From Actinomycetota bacterium (GTDB taxonomy: Bacteria; Actinomycetota; Actinomycetes; S36-B12), in the NCBI GenBank assembly GCA_947449035.1, contig CANFQC010000004.1, forward strand, positions 20,067 to 84,066: a stretch of DNA of 64,000 nucleotides, written 5' to 3'. The translations under genes and the position numbers were made by a program. Shown piece after piece: positions 17,437 through 25,672 of the stretch; positions within the stretch are counted from its first letter, which is position 1; the number at the start of each line of letters is the position of its first letter. The notes beneath the pieces were generated by a model. The model did no database searches. It was not told the DNA's origin and worked only from the letters and a program-made list of their open reading frames with translations.

Positions 17437-17810
17437 TGCGCCTCATTCTCGATACCCACGTATTGCTGTGGTGGCTCGATGGACAACCGATGTCAGAAGT
17501 AGTGATGGAAGCGATCACAGAACCCACCAATGAGGTGTTCGTTTCAGCCGCGACAGTCTGGGAAATCTCAATCAAGAGAGAGAAGGGCAAGCTCCGCATT
17601 AATGACGGATTCATGCAGCTCCTCAACGAGAGCGCATTCCTCATGCTTCCGATCACGTGGGGGCATGGGTTGAACGCAGGAAGTTTGCCGTTGCACCACC
17701 GCGATCCCTTTGACCGCATACTCGTATCGCAGGCTCAAGTTGAGACCCTGACCTTGGTCACTCGTGATGAGACGCTGTTGAAGTACGACATCGACGTACT
17801 CGTCGCCTGA
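17436..17810 (+). CDS. PIN-domain (VapC-like) toxin
   Basis: MRLILDTHVLLWW starts with the first PIN acidic residue. Further acidic positions lie in SAATVWEI and PLHHRDPFDRILV. Confidence 0.8.
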   Translation: MRLILDTHVLLWWLDGQPMSEVVMEAITEPTNEVFVSAATVWEISIKREKGKLRINDGFMQLLNESAFLMLPITWGHGLNAGSLPLHHRDPFDRILVSQAQVETLTLVTRDETLLKYDIDVLVA

Positions 17811-17822
17811 TTCATTCCAGTC

Positions 17823-17870
17823 AAGAGCAGATCCCCCGTTCACCGAAAGGTGAACGGGGGATCTGCTCTT
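17823..17870. terminator. Perfect 22-bp stem hairpin between convergent genes (bidirectional terminator candidate)
   Basis: AAGAGCAGATCCCCCGTTCACC-GAAA-GGTGAACGGGGGATCTGCTCTT, located 13 nt after the PIN gene stop and 50 nt after the fasciclin gene stop. Confidence 0.75.
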
Positions 17871-17919
17871 GGAGGAGAGAGAACGTCTGTTGCGCTATTA
17901 CTTGCTCGGGTGACCTGAC

Positions 17920-18555
17920 TTACTTGGTGGGCATGAGCACGGCGTCGATACCGTGCGCGACCTGCATGTTGCCCTTGTTGATGTCGACCTGGCTCAAGAT
18001 GACCTTCGGGTTTGCCAGGTGGCGGTTGTAGTCAACGAGCGTGATGCTCGCGGGGCTGGCAACAACCTTGACGCCGATGGTCTTGCCCGGCAGAGCGGTC
18101 TTCAGCTTCGCGCCATTGGCCTTGAGCGCATCACCGGAGAGGATGGTTGCGCCCGGAACGACGTGGTACTCGAGAACCTTCTCGACGGTCGGGATGCCGA
18201 GGCTGGCTACAGCCTTGAATGCACCGGCTTCAGTGGTGACCTTCTTCTTGGTCAGTGCGGAAGCGAGGTTCATGAACGCCTGGTCATTGGGGATGAAGGC
18301 AGTGAGGGCGGTGCTTCCATCGGTGAGCACCTTGACCGGGGAGTTCGGCTTGGCCTTCAGCACGGCGAGAACTGCTGCGGTCACGATGTCGTAGTCCTTG
18401 TAGTCCTGATCGAAGCCCTGCTGGCCACCGGTCAGCACGGAAGCGAGGGAAGTCGTCCCCATGTCAGCAGCAGATGCGGCGGGCGCAACGGCGGCGGCGA
18501 GGGGAAGAACGAGAGCTGCGGCGGCAATTCCACCGATGAGACGTGAGCGATTCAT
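17920..18555 (-). CDS. Secreted fasciclin (FAS1) domain protein (Mpt70/Mpt83-like)
   Basis: ATG 18555 gives MNRSRLIGGIAAAALVLPLAAAVAPAASA (signal peptide). FAS1 features include TAFIPNDQAF, VLEYHVVPG and a terminal AHGIDAVLMP. Confidence 0.8.
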   Translation of the reverse strand: MNRSRLIGGIAAAALVLPLAAAVAPAASAADMGTTSLASVLTGGQQGFDQDYKDYDIVTAAVLAVLKAKPNSPVKVLTDGSTALTAFIPNDQAFMNLASALTKKKVTTEAGAFKAVASLGIPTVEKVLEYHVVPGATILSGDALKANGAKLKTALPGKTIGVKVVASPASITLVDYNRHLANPKVILSQVDINKGNMQVAHGIDAVLMPTK

Positions 18556-18792
18556 GACGAGCCTTTCGTTGTAGCACCCCTGGTGAGCGCTTATGGCAGT
18601 ACTTCGGCGTGAGGCCACGTCTTGGATGCAGGAATCTCAGGGAACTTTTTTCGTCCTGACTGCATCCAAGGAAGGTCGCCCGGGCGAAGAAGGTGCATGG
18701 GAACACAGGCTCGAGCGGAAGGGATCTCAGTGACGCATACTGAACATGCGCCTGAACCCCTGCGCCTCGTCACGTCCCGGGAGATTCCTGTC

Positions 18793-19344
18793 ATGCAGCC
18801 GTCCGATGACTCGGAGCTCGCGGCAGGCTTCGTGGCAGGTGACGAACGAGCCCTCGAGCAGGTCTATTCGCGCTGGTCGTCCCTCGTGTTCACCATGGCT
18901 CGACGGGCCACCGGCAATGAGAGCGATGCCGCCGATATCACCCAGGCCGTGTTTGTCTCGGCCTGGCGGGGGCGCTCAGGATTCGACCTCGACAAGGGCT
19001 CCCTACCGGGCTGGCTGGTCACGATTACCCGCCGCCGGATCGCCGATCACTGGGAGTCGATCTCCCGCGAGACCCGCAAGATCGATGCTGAATCAGCTCG
19101 CCTGGACGATGAAGCCGTCGCCGGCCATGCTGAGGAGTCCGTGAATCGGGTGCTCATCGCTGACGAGCTCAGCCAGCTCGGGGAGCCCCAGCGAAAGATC
19201 ATGGAGCTCGCCTTCTTCCAAGACCTCACCCACGCTCAAATTGCGCGTGCCCTCGATATCCCCTTGGGTACGGTCAAGAGCCACATTCGCCGATCACTCG
19301 ATCGGCTGCGCACCAGACTGGAGGTGGATCATGTCGCACTGTGA
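18793..19344 (+). CDS. sigK: ECF sigma factor (SigK-like by context)
   Basis: Region 2 (ALEQVYSRWSSLVFTMARR...DAADITQAVFVSAWR) and region 4 (ELAFFQDLTHAQIARALDIPLGTVKSHIRRSL). An alternative start is GTG 18730. The SigK assignment rests on the RskA-like partner and the fasciclin neighbour. Confidence 0.75.
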   Translation: MQPSDDSELAAGFVAGDERALEQVYSRWSSLVFTMARRATGNESDAADITQAVFVSAWRGRSGFDLDKGSLPGWLVTITRRRIADHWESISRETRKIDAESARLDDEAVAGHAEESVNRVLIADELSQLGEPQRKIMELAFFQDLTHAQIARALDIPLGTVKSHIRRSLDRLRTRLEVDHVAL

Positions 19345-20035
19345 TGAGGATGCCCTGGCGCTCCTTGCCCTCGGTGAAGTTGTTGATTCACGCGATGTCG
19401 CGCACGTGCAGGAATGCGCGGAGTGCAGTGCTCGGCTCGAGGAGTACCGCGCTGTGGTCAGTGTCGGTCGCACCGTGACACCCGACGATCTCCCTTCCGC
19501 ACCCCCCGCTGAGGTGTGGACTGCCGTCTCCGCCGTAGTTGCACGTGATCGCGCGTCGCACGGTGACGTGGTGTCGCTCGACGCTGCTCGGTCGCGTCGT
19601 CGTCGTGGCGGTTACGTCCTTGCTGCCGCTGCAGCAGTAGTCGGTCTTATCGCAGGCTCGGTCGTGACGACCTCAGTAATCAATCGTCCGGAGGCTGTTC
19701 AGATGGTTGCGAGCGGAACTCTTGATCCGATCGGTGATGCCGGAGTGTCAGGCAGCGCAGTCGTGCAGAAGGTGAACGGAACTTCGCAGTTGAAGGTGAC
19801 CGTTCCTGATCTTCCGAATGCCGATGGCGGTTACTACGAAGTGTGGATGGCGACGGCCGATACCAAGAACATGGTGGCGATCGGAAACCTCAATCCGGGG
19901 TCGACGGCCGTGTACACGCTTCCCGAGGGAATGGATCTCGCATCTTTCCCAGTCGTCGATGTCTCGCTAGAAACGTATGACGGGAATACTGGTCACAGCG
20001 CAACCAGCGTTGTGCGCGGAACCCTGAAGGCCTGA
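19331..20035 (+). CDS. rskA: Anti-sigma factor (RskA-like: zf-HC2-like N-terminus, one TM segment, extracytoplasmic RskA-type domain)
   Basis: The ATG overlaps the sigma gene stop by 14 nt. It has a H..C..C motif (VAHVQECAECSARL), a TM segment (YVLAAAAAVVGLIAGSVV), and a C-terminal YYEVWMA...VAIGNL pattern. Confidence 0.7.
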   Translation: MSHCDEDALALLALGEVVDSRDVAHVQECAECSARLEEYRAVVSVGRTVTPDDLPSAPPAEVWTAVSAVVARDRASHGDVVSLDAARSRRRRGGYVLAAAAAVVGLIAGSVVTTSVINRPEAVQMVASGTLDPIGDAGVSGSAVVQKVNGTSQLKVTVPDLPNADGGYYEVWMATADTKNMVAIGNLNPGSTAVYTLPEGMDLASFPVVDVSLETYDGNTGHSATSVVRGTLKA

Positions 20036-20092
20036 TCGTTCGTCATCTCGTCAACGCTCGGTGACAAGCTTCGAGACCCGCACAGTTGTTGA

Positions 20093-21391
20093 CTACTGCT
20101 CTTCGAGGTACTTCAAGGCACGCGCAGGTGCGACAGTTGGAGTCGGCACGCGACGCGGGCCAGACCACGGAGCCGGCGGGGCATCGAGTTTTGAGCAGAC
20201 TGCGTAGGCAGCAAACTCGTACCGCTGTCGCAGGCTCTTGAAGAACTCCCAGGCGTCATCGGCGTTGTACTCAATGGAGAATTCAGCTTCTTCCAGCATG
20301 CCGTATGCCTCGTCGAACTCGGCGCGCGTGAGCGTGACTGTCTTCGCCTCGCCGTCATCAAGAAGCCCGATTGCCTCGTCAGTCATGCCACGAATGGCGT
20401 CAGCGCTAGCCGCCATTTGGACAGCCGCACGACCGGGTTCGCGTGAGGGCATGGCGATCATTGCCGAGTCGATTTTCGGTGTTGACTTGAAAAGGTGACC
20501 AAGGATCGGCAAGCGCGACACGAACCGTCGCGGTGCAATGTTCGAGACATACAAAGTGTTGAAGGTCTGCACGCCTTGAGCAAGCAGGGTGTAGGCCTGA
20601 TGGTGCTCACGCTCGTGATTGAGCGAAACGCTCAGCGCAGCGGCGTCCATCATCGCGAGAAGGCTGGTGGCGTAGTGACGTTGCGCTCGAGCTGAGCGCA
20701 CATGCACCAGTGCGGGGTAAGTGAGATGTGTTAGCCGGAGTGACGTGGCCCATGCCGCCCAGTTCTGGAAGATGTCGTCGTTCTCCTGCATGCGATCAGT
20801 CAGGTGAGCACGGGTGAGGAACTCTGGTCCCCAGGCTGGCTCACCCGCCTCGCTGGAGATCTGGGTGACGGCCACTTCGCGCTTGGTGTAGATGCTGTAG
20901 ATGGTCGGCAAAAAACCAATCATCAATGCGATCACGATCGGTCCGGTGGCCGCGGCCATGAAATCAAGAATTGTCTGATCACCGGTATGGCCAGCGTCGA
21001 AGCCGAGGGTGAACAGGCTGGAGCCGGCCTGGGCGAGCGCATCACCGAACGTGTTGCCGCCAACGCCGTAGATCATCAGCCCGTACGCGAACAGGAAGCC
21101 GATCAGCCAGGCCAGGAGCGTGACGATGATGATCAGCGGTCCACCCCAGGCCATCACCGCATCTCGCCCCTTGTAGTGGCGGCGGGTGCGTGCCAAGCCC
21201 CATGAGATGCCGACCACCGCATTCATAATCAAGGTGCTGAAGAAGCTACGCAGGGCACGGGGAACCACGATGGTGCGCAGCAGGCTGACGATCATCGCCA
21301 GGAACAGCAGGACGCCGACCACGAAGCAGAAGGAGCGGGAGGCGAGTTCTGCGGCACTCACTGTGAGATTCAGAGCCGTCACATGGATCAC
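20093..21391 (-). CDS. Membrane protein with 2-TM K-channel-like pore architecture but a degenerate filter, plus a cytoplasmic domain of about 260 aa with unknown function
   Basis: Outer helix (PLIIIVTLLAWLIGFLFAYGLMIY), a pore-helix-like segment (FGDALAQAGSSLFTLGFDAGHTGD) and an inner helix (GPIVIALMIGFLPTIYSIY). The canonical TxG[YF]GD is replaced by TLGFDAG. Confidence 0.45.
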   Translation of the reverse strand: MIHVTALNLTVSAAELASRSFCFVVGVLLFLAMIVSLLRTIVVPRALRSFFSTLIMNAVVGISWGLARTRRHYKGRDAVMAWGGPLIIIVTLLAWLIGFLFAYGLMIYGVGGNTFGDALAQAGSSLFTLGFDAGHTGDQTILDFMAAATGPIVIALMIGFLPTIYSIYTKREVAVTQISSEAGEPAWGPEFLTRAHLTDRMQENDDIFQNWAAWATSLRLTHLTYPALVHVRSARAQRHYATSLLAMMDAAALSVSLNHEREHHQAYTLLAQGVQTFNTLYVSNIAPRRFVSRLPILGHLFKSTPKIDSAMIAMPSREPGRAAVQMAASADAIRGMTDEAIGLLDDGEAKTVTLTRAEFDEAYGMLEEAEFSIEYNADDAWEFFKSLRQRYEFAAYAVCSKLDAPPAPWSGPRRVPTPTVAPARALKYLEEQ

Positions 21392-21463
21392 CGGACCAAC
21401 CTACCGTCGGTTCACCAGCAGGATTCGAGGGATTCGGGTTGCCCCTAGGGCAGCGACTACGCT

Positions 21464-21961
21464 TTGGGCGTGCTTGGAGACTCCGGGGTGCGCGACACCC
21501 TGCTGATCATCGCGATCCTGCTGGGCGGCGCTGCCCTGGCTATCGCGATCTACGCCGTTGCCCGGCTCTCCCGCCTACACCGCTCCTACGCCCTGCTCCA
21601 GGTCGCTGAGGGGCGCGAGAACTACATCGACGTGCTCGCTCGCACCCGCGAGGAGTTCGCCGACCTCAACGACGAGGTACTCGGCCTCGGCAACGCGCTC
21701 TCGCGCACTCGCCGTGAGCTCGCTGACGCCCTTCGCCATGTCTCAGTCGTGCGTTATGACGCCTTCGGCGACATGGGCGGACGTTTCAGCTTCTCGGCTG
21801 CCATGCTCGACGACAAGGGTGACGGCATCGTCCTCACCTCGATCCACGGGCGCTCCGAGACACGTACCTACATCAAGGGCCTCACCGCGGGTAACAGCGA
21901 CATTGAGCTGTCACCCGAGGAACTGCAAGCAGTGAATGACGCGAAGGGAGAGCACGCATGA
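21464..21961 (+). CDS. DUF4446-family protein (N-terminal TM segment plus a coiled segment)
   Basis: One N-terminal TM helix, then VVRYDAFGDMGGRFSFSAAMLDDKGDGIVLTSIHGR, which is characteristic of DUF4446. Its stop overlaps the pheA start (ATGA). Confidence 0.6.
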   Translation: MGVLGDSGVRDTLLIIAILLGGAALAIAIYAVARLSRLHRSYALLQVAEGRENYIDVLARTREEFADLNDEVLGLGNALSRTRRELADALRHVSVVRYDAFGDMGGRFSFSAAMLDDKGDGIVLTSIHGRSETRTYIKGLTAGNSDIELSPEELQAVNDAKGEHA

Positions 21962-22884
21962 CCACCCGCATTGCGTTCTTAGGACCTCGCGGCTCATTTG
22001 CCGAGGCAGCCTTGCGCGCGCTGCCGATCTCTGACGAAGCTGAGCTCATCGCCGCTGCATCAGTGCAAGCGGCACTCGACGCTGCCCGTGATGGCTCAGT
22101 TGACTTCGCACTCGTGCCAATCGAGAACTCGGTCGAAGGTGCGGTGTCGATCACGCTCGATGAGCTCGCCAACGGTGAGCCGCTCGCGATTGTCGATGAA
22201 GCAGTGCTGGCCGTGACGTTCTCGCTCGTCGTGCGCCCTGGCACGACGCTTTCGGACATCACGCGCATTGCGACGCATCCGCATGCTGCAGCACAGGTGC
22301 GCGGCTGGATCTCAGACAACTTGCCCGACGCAGTCATGCTGCCGGCTTTGTCGACGGCCGCTGCGGCGCAAGGGCTTCTCGATCCGGCCTGTGGCTATGA
22401 CGCTGCTGTCTCGCAGCGCATCGTGACCGAGCTGTATGACGTCGAATCGCTGGCTGACGGAATCGAAGACACCCCCGATGCGATCACCCGCTTCGTTCTC
22501 GTGCAGCGCCCTGGCTCGATCCCCGAGCGCACCGGCGCCGACAAGACAACGCTTTCGTTGTTCATCCGCAGTGATCAGCCGGGCGCACTTCTCGCGATCC
22601 TGAACGAATTCGCTGCGCACGGCGTCAATCTCACGCGTATCGAGTCGCGCCCGACGCGCAAGCAGCTTGGCGACTACTACTTCAGCGTCGATATCGAGGG
22701 CCACGTCAATGACGCTCGCGTATCGGAGGCGTTGATGGGCTTGCATCGAGTGTGTCTCGATGTTCGGTTCATGGGTTCATACCCGCGGCATGACGGACGG
22801 GCACCGGTACTGCGCGAAGGCGTGGCTGACAGTGATTTCGCCGAGGCCCATCAGTGGCTTCGACGGTTGAAGGGTGAGATCTGA
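21958..22884 (+). CDS. pheA: Prephenate dehydratase
   Basis: IAFLGPRGSFAEAA N-terminus, a PDT domain, and a C-terminal ACT region (LNEFAAHGVNLTRIESRPTRKQLGDYYFSVDIEGH). Confidence 0.9.
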   Translation: MTTRIAFLGPRGSFAEAALRALPISDEAELIAAASVQAALDAARDGSVDFALVPIENSVEGAVSITLDELANGEPLAIVDEAVLAVTFSLVVRPGTTLSDITRIATHPHAAAQVRGWISDNLPDAVMLPALSTAAAAQGLLDPACGYDAAVSQRIVTELYDVESLADGIEDTPDAITRFVLVQRPGSIPERTGADKTTLSLFIRSDQPGALLAILNEFAAHGVNLTRIESRPTRKQLGDYYFSVDIEGHVNDARVSEALMGLHRVCLDVRFMGSYPRHDGRAPVLREGVADSDFAEAHQWLRRLKGEI

Positions 22885-23873
22885 TGCGTTACTTCGTGAC
22901 TGGCGCTGCCGGCTTCATCGGCTCGCATTTCGTGCGCACCCTGCTCGCAGGCGGCTACAGCGAGATCCTGCCCGGTGAGGTCACCGGCGTCACGGTCTAC
23001 GACAAGCTCACTTACGCGGGCAATCTCGCGAACCTCGAGTCCGTCTCCGATGACCACCGTTACACCTTCGTGCGGGGCGATATCTGCGACGGTGACCTGC
23101 TCGACCAGGTGCTGCCCGGCCACGACGTGGTCGTGAATTTTGCCGCCGAAACCCACGTTGACCGTTCGATCTCCGGGCCGCAGGCCTTCTTGATCACCAA
23201 TGTCGTTGGTGCGCAGACACTTTTCGATGCTTGCCTCAAGCACGGTATTCCGCGCACGGTGCATATCGGCACTGACGAAGTCTACGGCTCGATCGACGTG
23301 GGCTCCTGGACCGAGGCCGAGCCGCTGATCCCGAACTCGCCCTACTCCGCCGCGAAGGCTGCAGCCGAGATGCTCGTGCGCGCCTACAACGTCACGTATG
23401 GCCTCAACATCTCGTCGACCCGCTGCTCGAATAACTACGGGCCGTACCAGTTCCCGGAGAAGGTCATCCCGCTGTTCGTCACCAACTTGATCGACGGACT
23501 CCAGGTGCCGCTGTATGGCGACGGCCTGAATGTGCGCGACTGGCTGCACGTTGACGATCACTGCCGCGGCATCGCGATCGTGTGCGCAAAGGGCGAGCCT
23601 GGCCAGTCGTACAACATTGGTGGCGGCCTCGAGCTCAACAACCGTGAGATCACCGAGCGCGTGCTTGCCGCGATGGGTGCCGACTGGTCATCGGTCAAGC
23701 CCGTCGAGGATCGCAAGGGTCATGACCGTCGCTACTCAGTTGACGACTCACGCCTTCGCGCCATGGGTTACGCACCCCAGCACACCTTTGACGACGGCCT
23801 CGCCGAGACAGTCGCCTGGTACAAGAACAATGAAGCTTGGTGGCGCCCGCTCAAGGCGAAGGCTGCTCTGTAG
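22884..23873 (+). CDS. rmlB: dTDP-glucose 4,6-dehydratase
   Basis: FVTGAAGFIGSHF Rossmann motif, the catalytic YSAAKAA (YxxxK), and DEVYG. The start overlaps the pheA stop (TGATG). Confidence 0.9.
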   Translation: MRYFVTGAAGFIGSHFVRTLLAGGYSEILPGEVTGVTVYDKLTYAGNLANLESVSDDHRYTFVRGDICDGDLLDQVLPGHDVVVNFAAETHVDRSISGPQAFLITNVVGAQTLFDACLKHGIPRTVHIGTDEVYGSIDVGSWTEAEPLIPNSPYSAAKAAAEMLVRAYNVTYGLNISSTRCSNNYGPYQFPEKVIPLFVTNLIDGLQVPLYGDGLNVRDWLHVDDHCRGIAIVCAKGEPGQSYNIGGGLELNNREITERVLAAMGADWSSVKPVEDRKGHDRRYSVDDSRLRAMGYAPQHTFDDGLAETVAWYKNNEAWWRPLKAKAAL

Positions 23874-23875
23874 CA

Positions 23876-24736
23876 ATGCGCGTCATCGTCACCGGGGCTA
23901 ATGGCCAACTCGGCAGTGCACTCGTGGCACTGCTGTCGGCTCGCCCCGCTGACTCGGTACTCGGTGTTGATCTTCCTGAGGTCGACATCACTGATCCGGT
24001 TTCCGTTGCCGCGGTCTTCGACACCTTTGCACCAGATGTCGTCATCAACTGCGCCGCCTGGACTGCCGTCGATGATGCCGAGACCAAGGAAGAACTCGCG
24101 CTGCGCGTGAATGCAGAAGGCCCGCGCGTGCTTGCTGCGCAGTGCGTGGTGTCGGACGCCTGGCTCGTGCAGATCTCGACCGACTACGTGTTCGCCGGTG
24201 ATGCCACGTCTCCTTATGCAGAGTCAGCCGCCGGTGATCCGCGTTCTGCGTACGGCCGCACCAAGCTCGCAGGCGAGGTGGCCGTGCTCTCGGAGCTTCC
24301 CTCGCGCTCGTACATCGTCCGCACCGCCTGGCTTTACGGGCTGCAAGGCACCAACTTCGTGAAGACCATGCTGAAGTTCGAGAAGGAGTGCGAGACAGTG
24401 TCGGTCGTGACCGATCAGATCGGCCAGCCGACCTATGCGGGTGATCTCGCGGCGCAGATCATCGCGTTACTCGATGCCCGTCCGGCTGCCGGCATCTTTC
24501 ACGCAACTAGCAGCGGGCAGTGCTCATGGTTTGAGTTCACCCAGGCGATCTTCACCGAGATCGGGGCAGACCCGGCTCGCGTGCTTCCGACTGACTCGGC
24601 GGCCTTCGTGCGCCCCGCCCCGCGCCCTGCCTACTCGGTGCTCGGACACGATGCCTGGGCCGCTGCCGGCATCCCCGAGATGCGCGATTGGCGCGAGGCG
24701 CTGACCGCCGCCTTCGCCGACGGACTATCCGTCTGA
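23876..24736 (+). CDS. rmlD: dTDP-4-dehydrorhamnose reductase
   Basis: ATG 23876 gives MRVIVTGANGQLG. Also STDYVF and YGRTKLAGE (YxxxK). It starts 3 nt after the rmlB stop. Confidence 0.9.
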   Translation: MRVIVTGANGQLGSALVALLSARPADSVLGVDLPEVDITDPVSVAAVFDTFAPDVVINCAAWTAVDDAETKEELALRVNAEGPRVLAAQCVVSDAWLVQISTDYVFAGDATSPYAESAAGDPRSAYGRTKLAGEVAVLSELPSRSYIVRTAWLYGLQGTNFVKTMLKFEKECETVSVVTDQIGQPTYAGDLAAQIIALLDARPAAGIFHATSSGQCSWFEFTQAIFTEIGADPARVLPTDSAAFVRPAPRPAYSVLGHDAWAAAGIPEMRDWREALTAAFADGLSV

Positions 24737-24916
24737 GGGCTCCGACTCTCTTAACTGCGACTGACTCGCCCGTATCTCGGAGGCACGTTGCTCCAACTGC
24801 GAGTGGGTGGACAGCATTTCTCGCATGAGTTCGTCGTACGTGAGGTTGCGCTCGAGCCCTATCACTCTCAGTCGGTCTCTTAAGTCCCGTGACAGGCGGA
24901 CGGAAGATCGAGGCAT
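24725..24916 (-). CDS. Small ribbon-helix-helix (CopG/Arc-like) protein, 63 aa
   Basis: The beta-strand plus helix pattern SSVRLSRDLRDRLRVIGLERNLTYDELMREML. It uses codons that look rare for this genome (TTA, AGA, ATA, CGA). It is divergent from the vapB-like gene across a 30-bp spacer. Confidence 0.5.
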   Translation of the reverse strand: MPRSSVRLSRDLRDRLRVIGLERNLTYDELMREMLSTHSQLEQRASEIRASQSQLRESEPSDG

Positions 24917-24942
24917 TGACAGACGATATCAACTGATATCAT
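24916..24942 (+). promoter_or_regulatory. Candidate promoter and operator shared by the two divergent RHH genes
   Basis: TTGACA at 24916-24921, and TATCAT at 24937-24942 (15-nt spacing). The inverted repeat GATATCA-AC-TGATATC at 24925-24940 lies between them, directly upstream of the GTG 24946 / ATG 24952 start. Confidence 0.45.
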
Positions 24943-24945
24943 CAT

Positions 24946-25173
24946 GTGTCTATGCCGGATATCCTGATTCGTGATGTTCCTGAGCCTGTGGTCTCTGCCA
25001 TCGAAGCGCGGGCCAAGGAACTCGGGCTCTCTCGGCCGGAGTTCCTCCGTAGGTGCCTCGAAGTCGAAGTGATGCGGACTCGAGTGCCTATCAGGGTCGA
25101 GGACTGGACTCACATGTCCACGGCGTTTGCCGACCTGCTTGACGATGACGTCATGAGCCGGGCCTGGACATGA
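24946..25173 (+). CDS. vapB: RHH-type antitoxin (VapB/FitA-like)
   Basis: MPDILIRDVPEPVVSAIEARAKELGLSRPEFLRRCLE matches the FitA/Arc-type antitoxin pattern. The stop overlaps the toxin start (ATGA). ATG 24952 is an alternative, possibly leaderless, start. Confidence 0.7.
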   Translation: MSMPDILIRDVPEPVVSAIEARAKELGLSRPEFLRRCLEVEVMRTRVPIRVEDWTHMSTAFADLLDDDVMSRAWT

Positions 25174-25577
25174 CGACATGGCTCGTCGACAAGTCCGCGC
25201 TGGCACGCATCGGGATGAGTCCTGACGCCGCGGAGTGGACCACCAGGGCAGAACGAGGGCTTCTGGCGATCTCGACTGTCACTCGCCTGGAGCTCGGCTA
25301 CTCGGCGCGGTCGGGGGCAGAGCTGCAGCATCAACTCGCGTCGCCGCCGATGTCCGTCCTCGTGCTCGACTACCTCACTCCCGCTATCGAGAGCAGGGCA
25401 ATCGAAGTTCAGATGATTCTCGCTGAACGGGGACTGCATCGTGCCCCATCGATTCCTGATCTATTGATTGCGGCCGCGGCGGAGATCGGAAAGCGCACGG
25501 TCCTTCACGTGGACAAGGACTTCGAACTCATCGCAGAGGTCACGGGCCAACCAGTGGAACGGCTCAGCCTTCGCTGA
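25170..25577 (+). CDS. vapC: PIN-domain toxin (VapC)
   Basis: WLVDKSAL carries the first acidic residue. Also RLELGYSA and IPDLLIAAAAEIGKRTVLHVDKDFELI (the D.DF motif typical of VapC). Confidence 0.8.
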   Translation: MTTWLVDKSALARIGMSPDAAEWTTRAERGLLAISTVTRLELGYSARSGAELQHQLASPPMSVLVLDYLTPAIESRAIEVQMILAERGLHRAPSIPDLLIAAAAEIGKRTVLHVDKDFELIAEVTGQPVERLSLR

Positions 25578-25672
25578 AGCCATCACGCGCACGACGTGAT
25601 GAGGAAACCCGAAAGTTTGAGGGATAGTCTTCCCGAGGCACCCACGCCGGCCCCGCGCCAAGGAGACATTGA

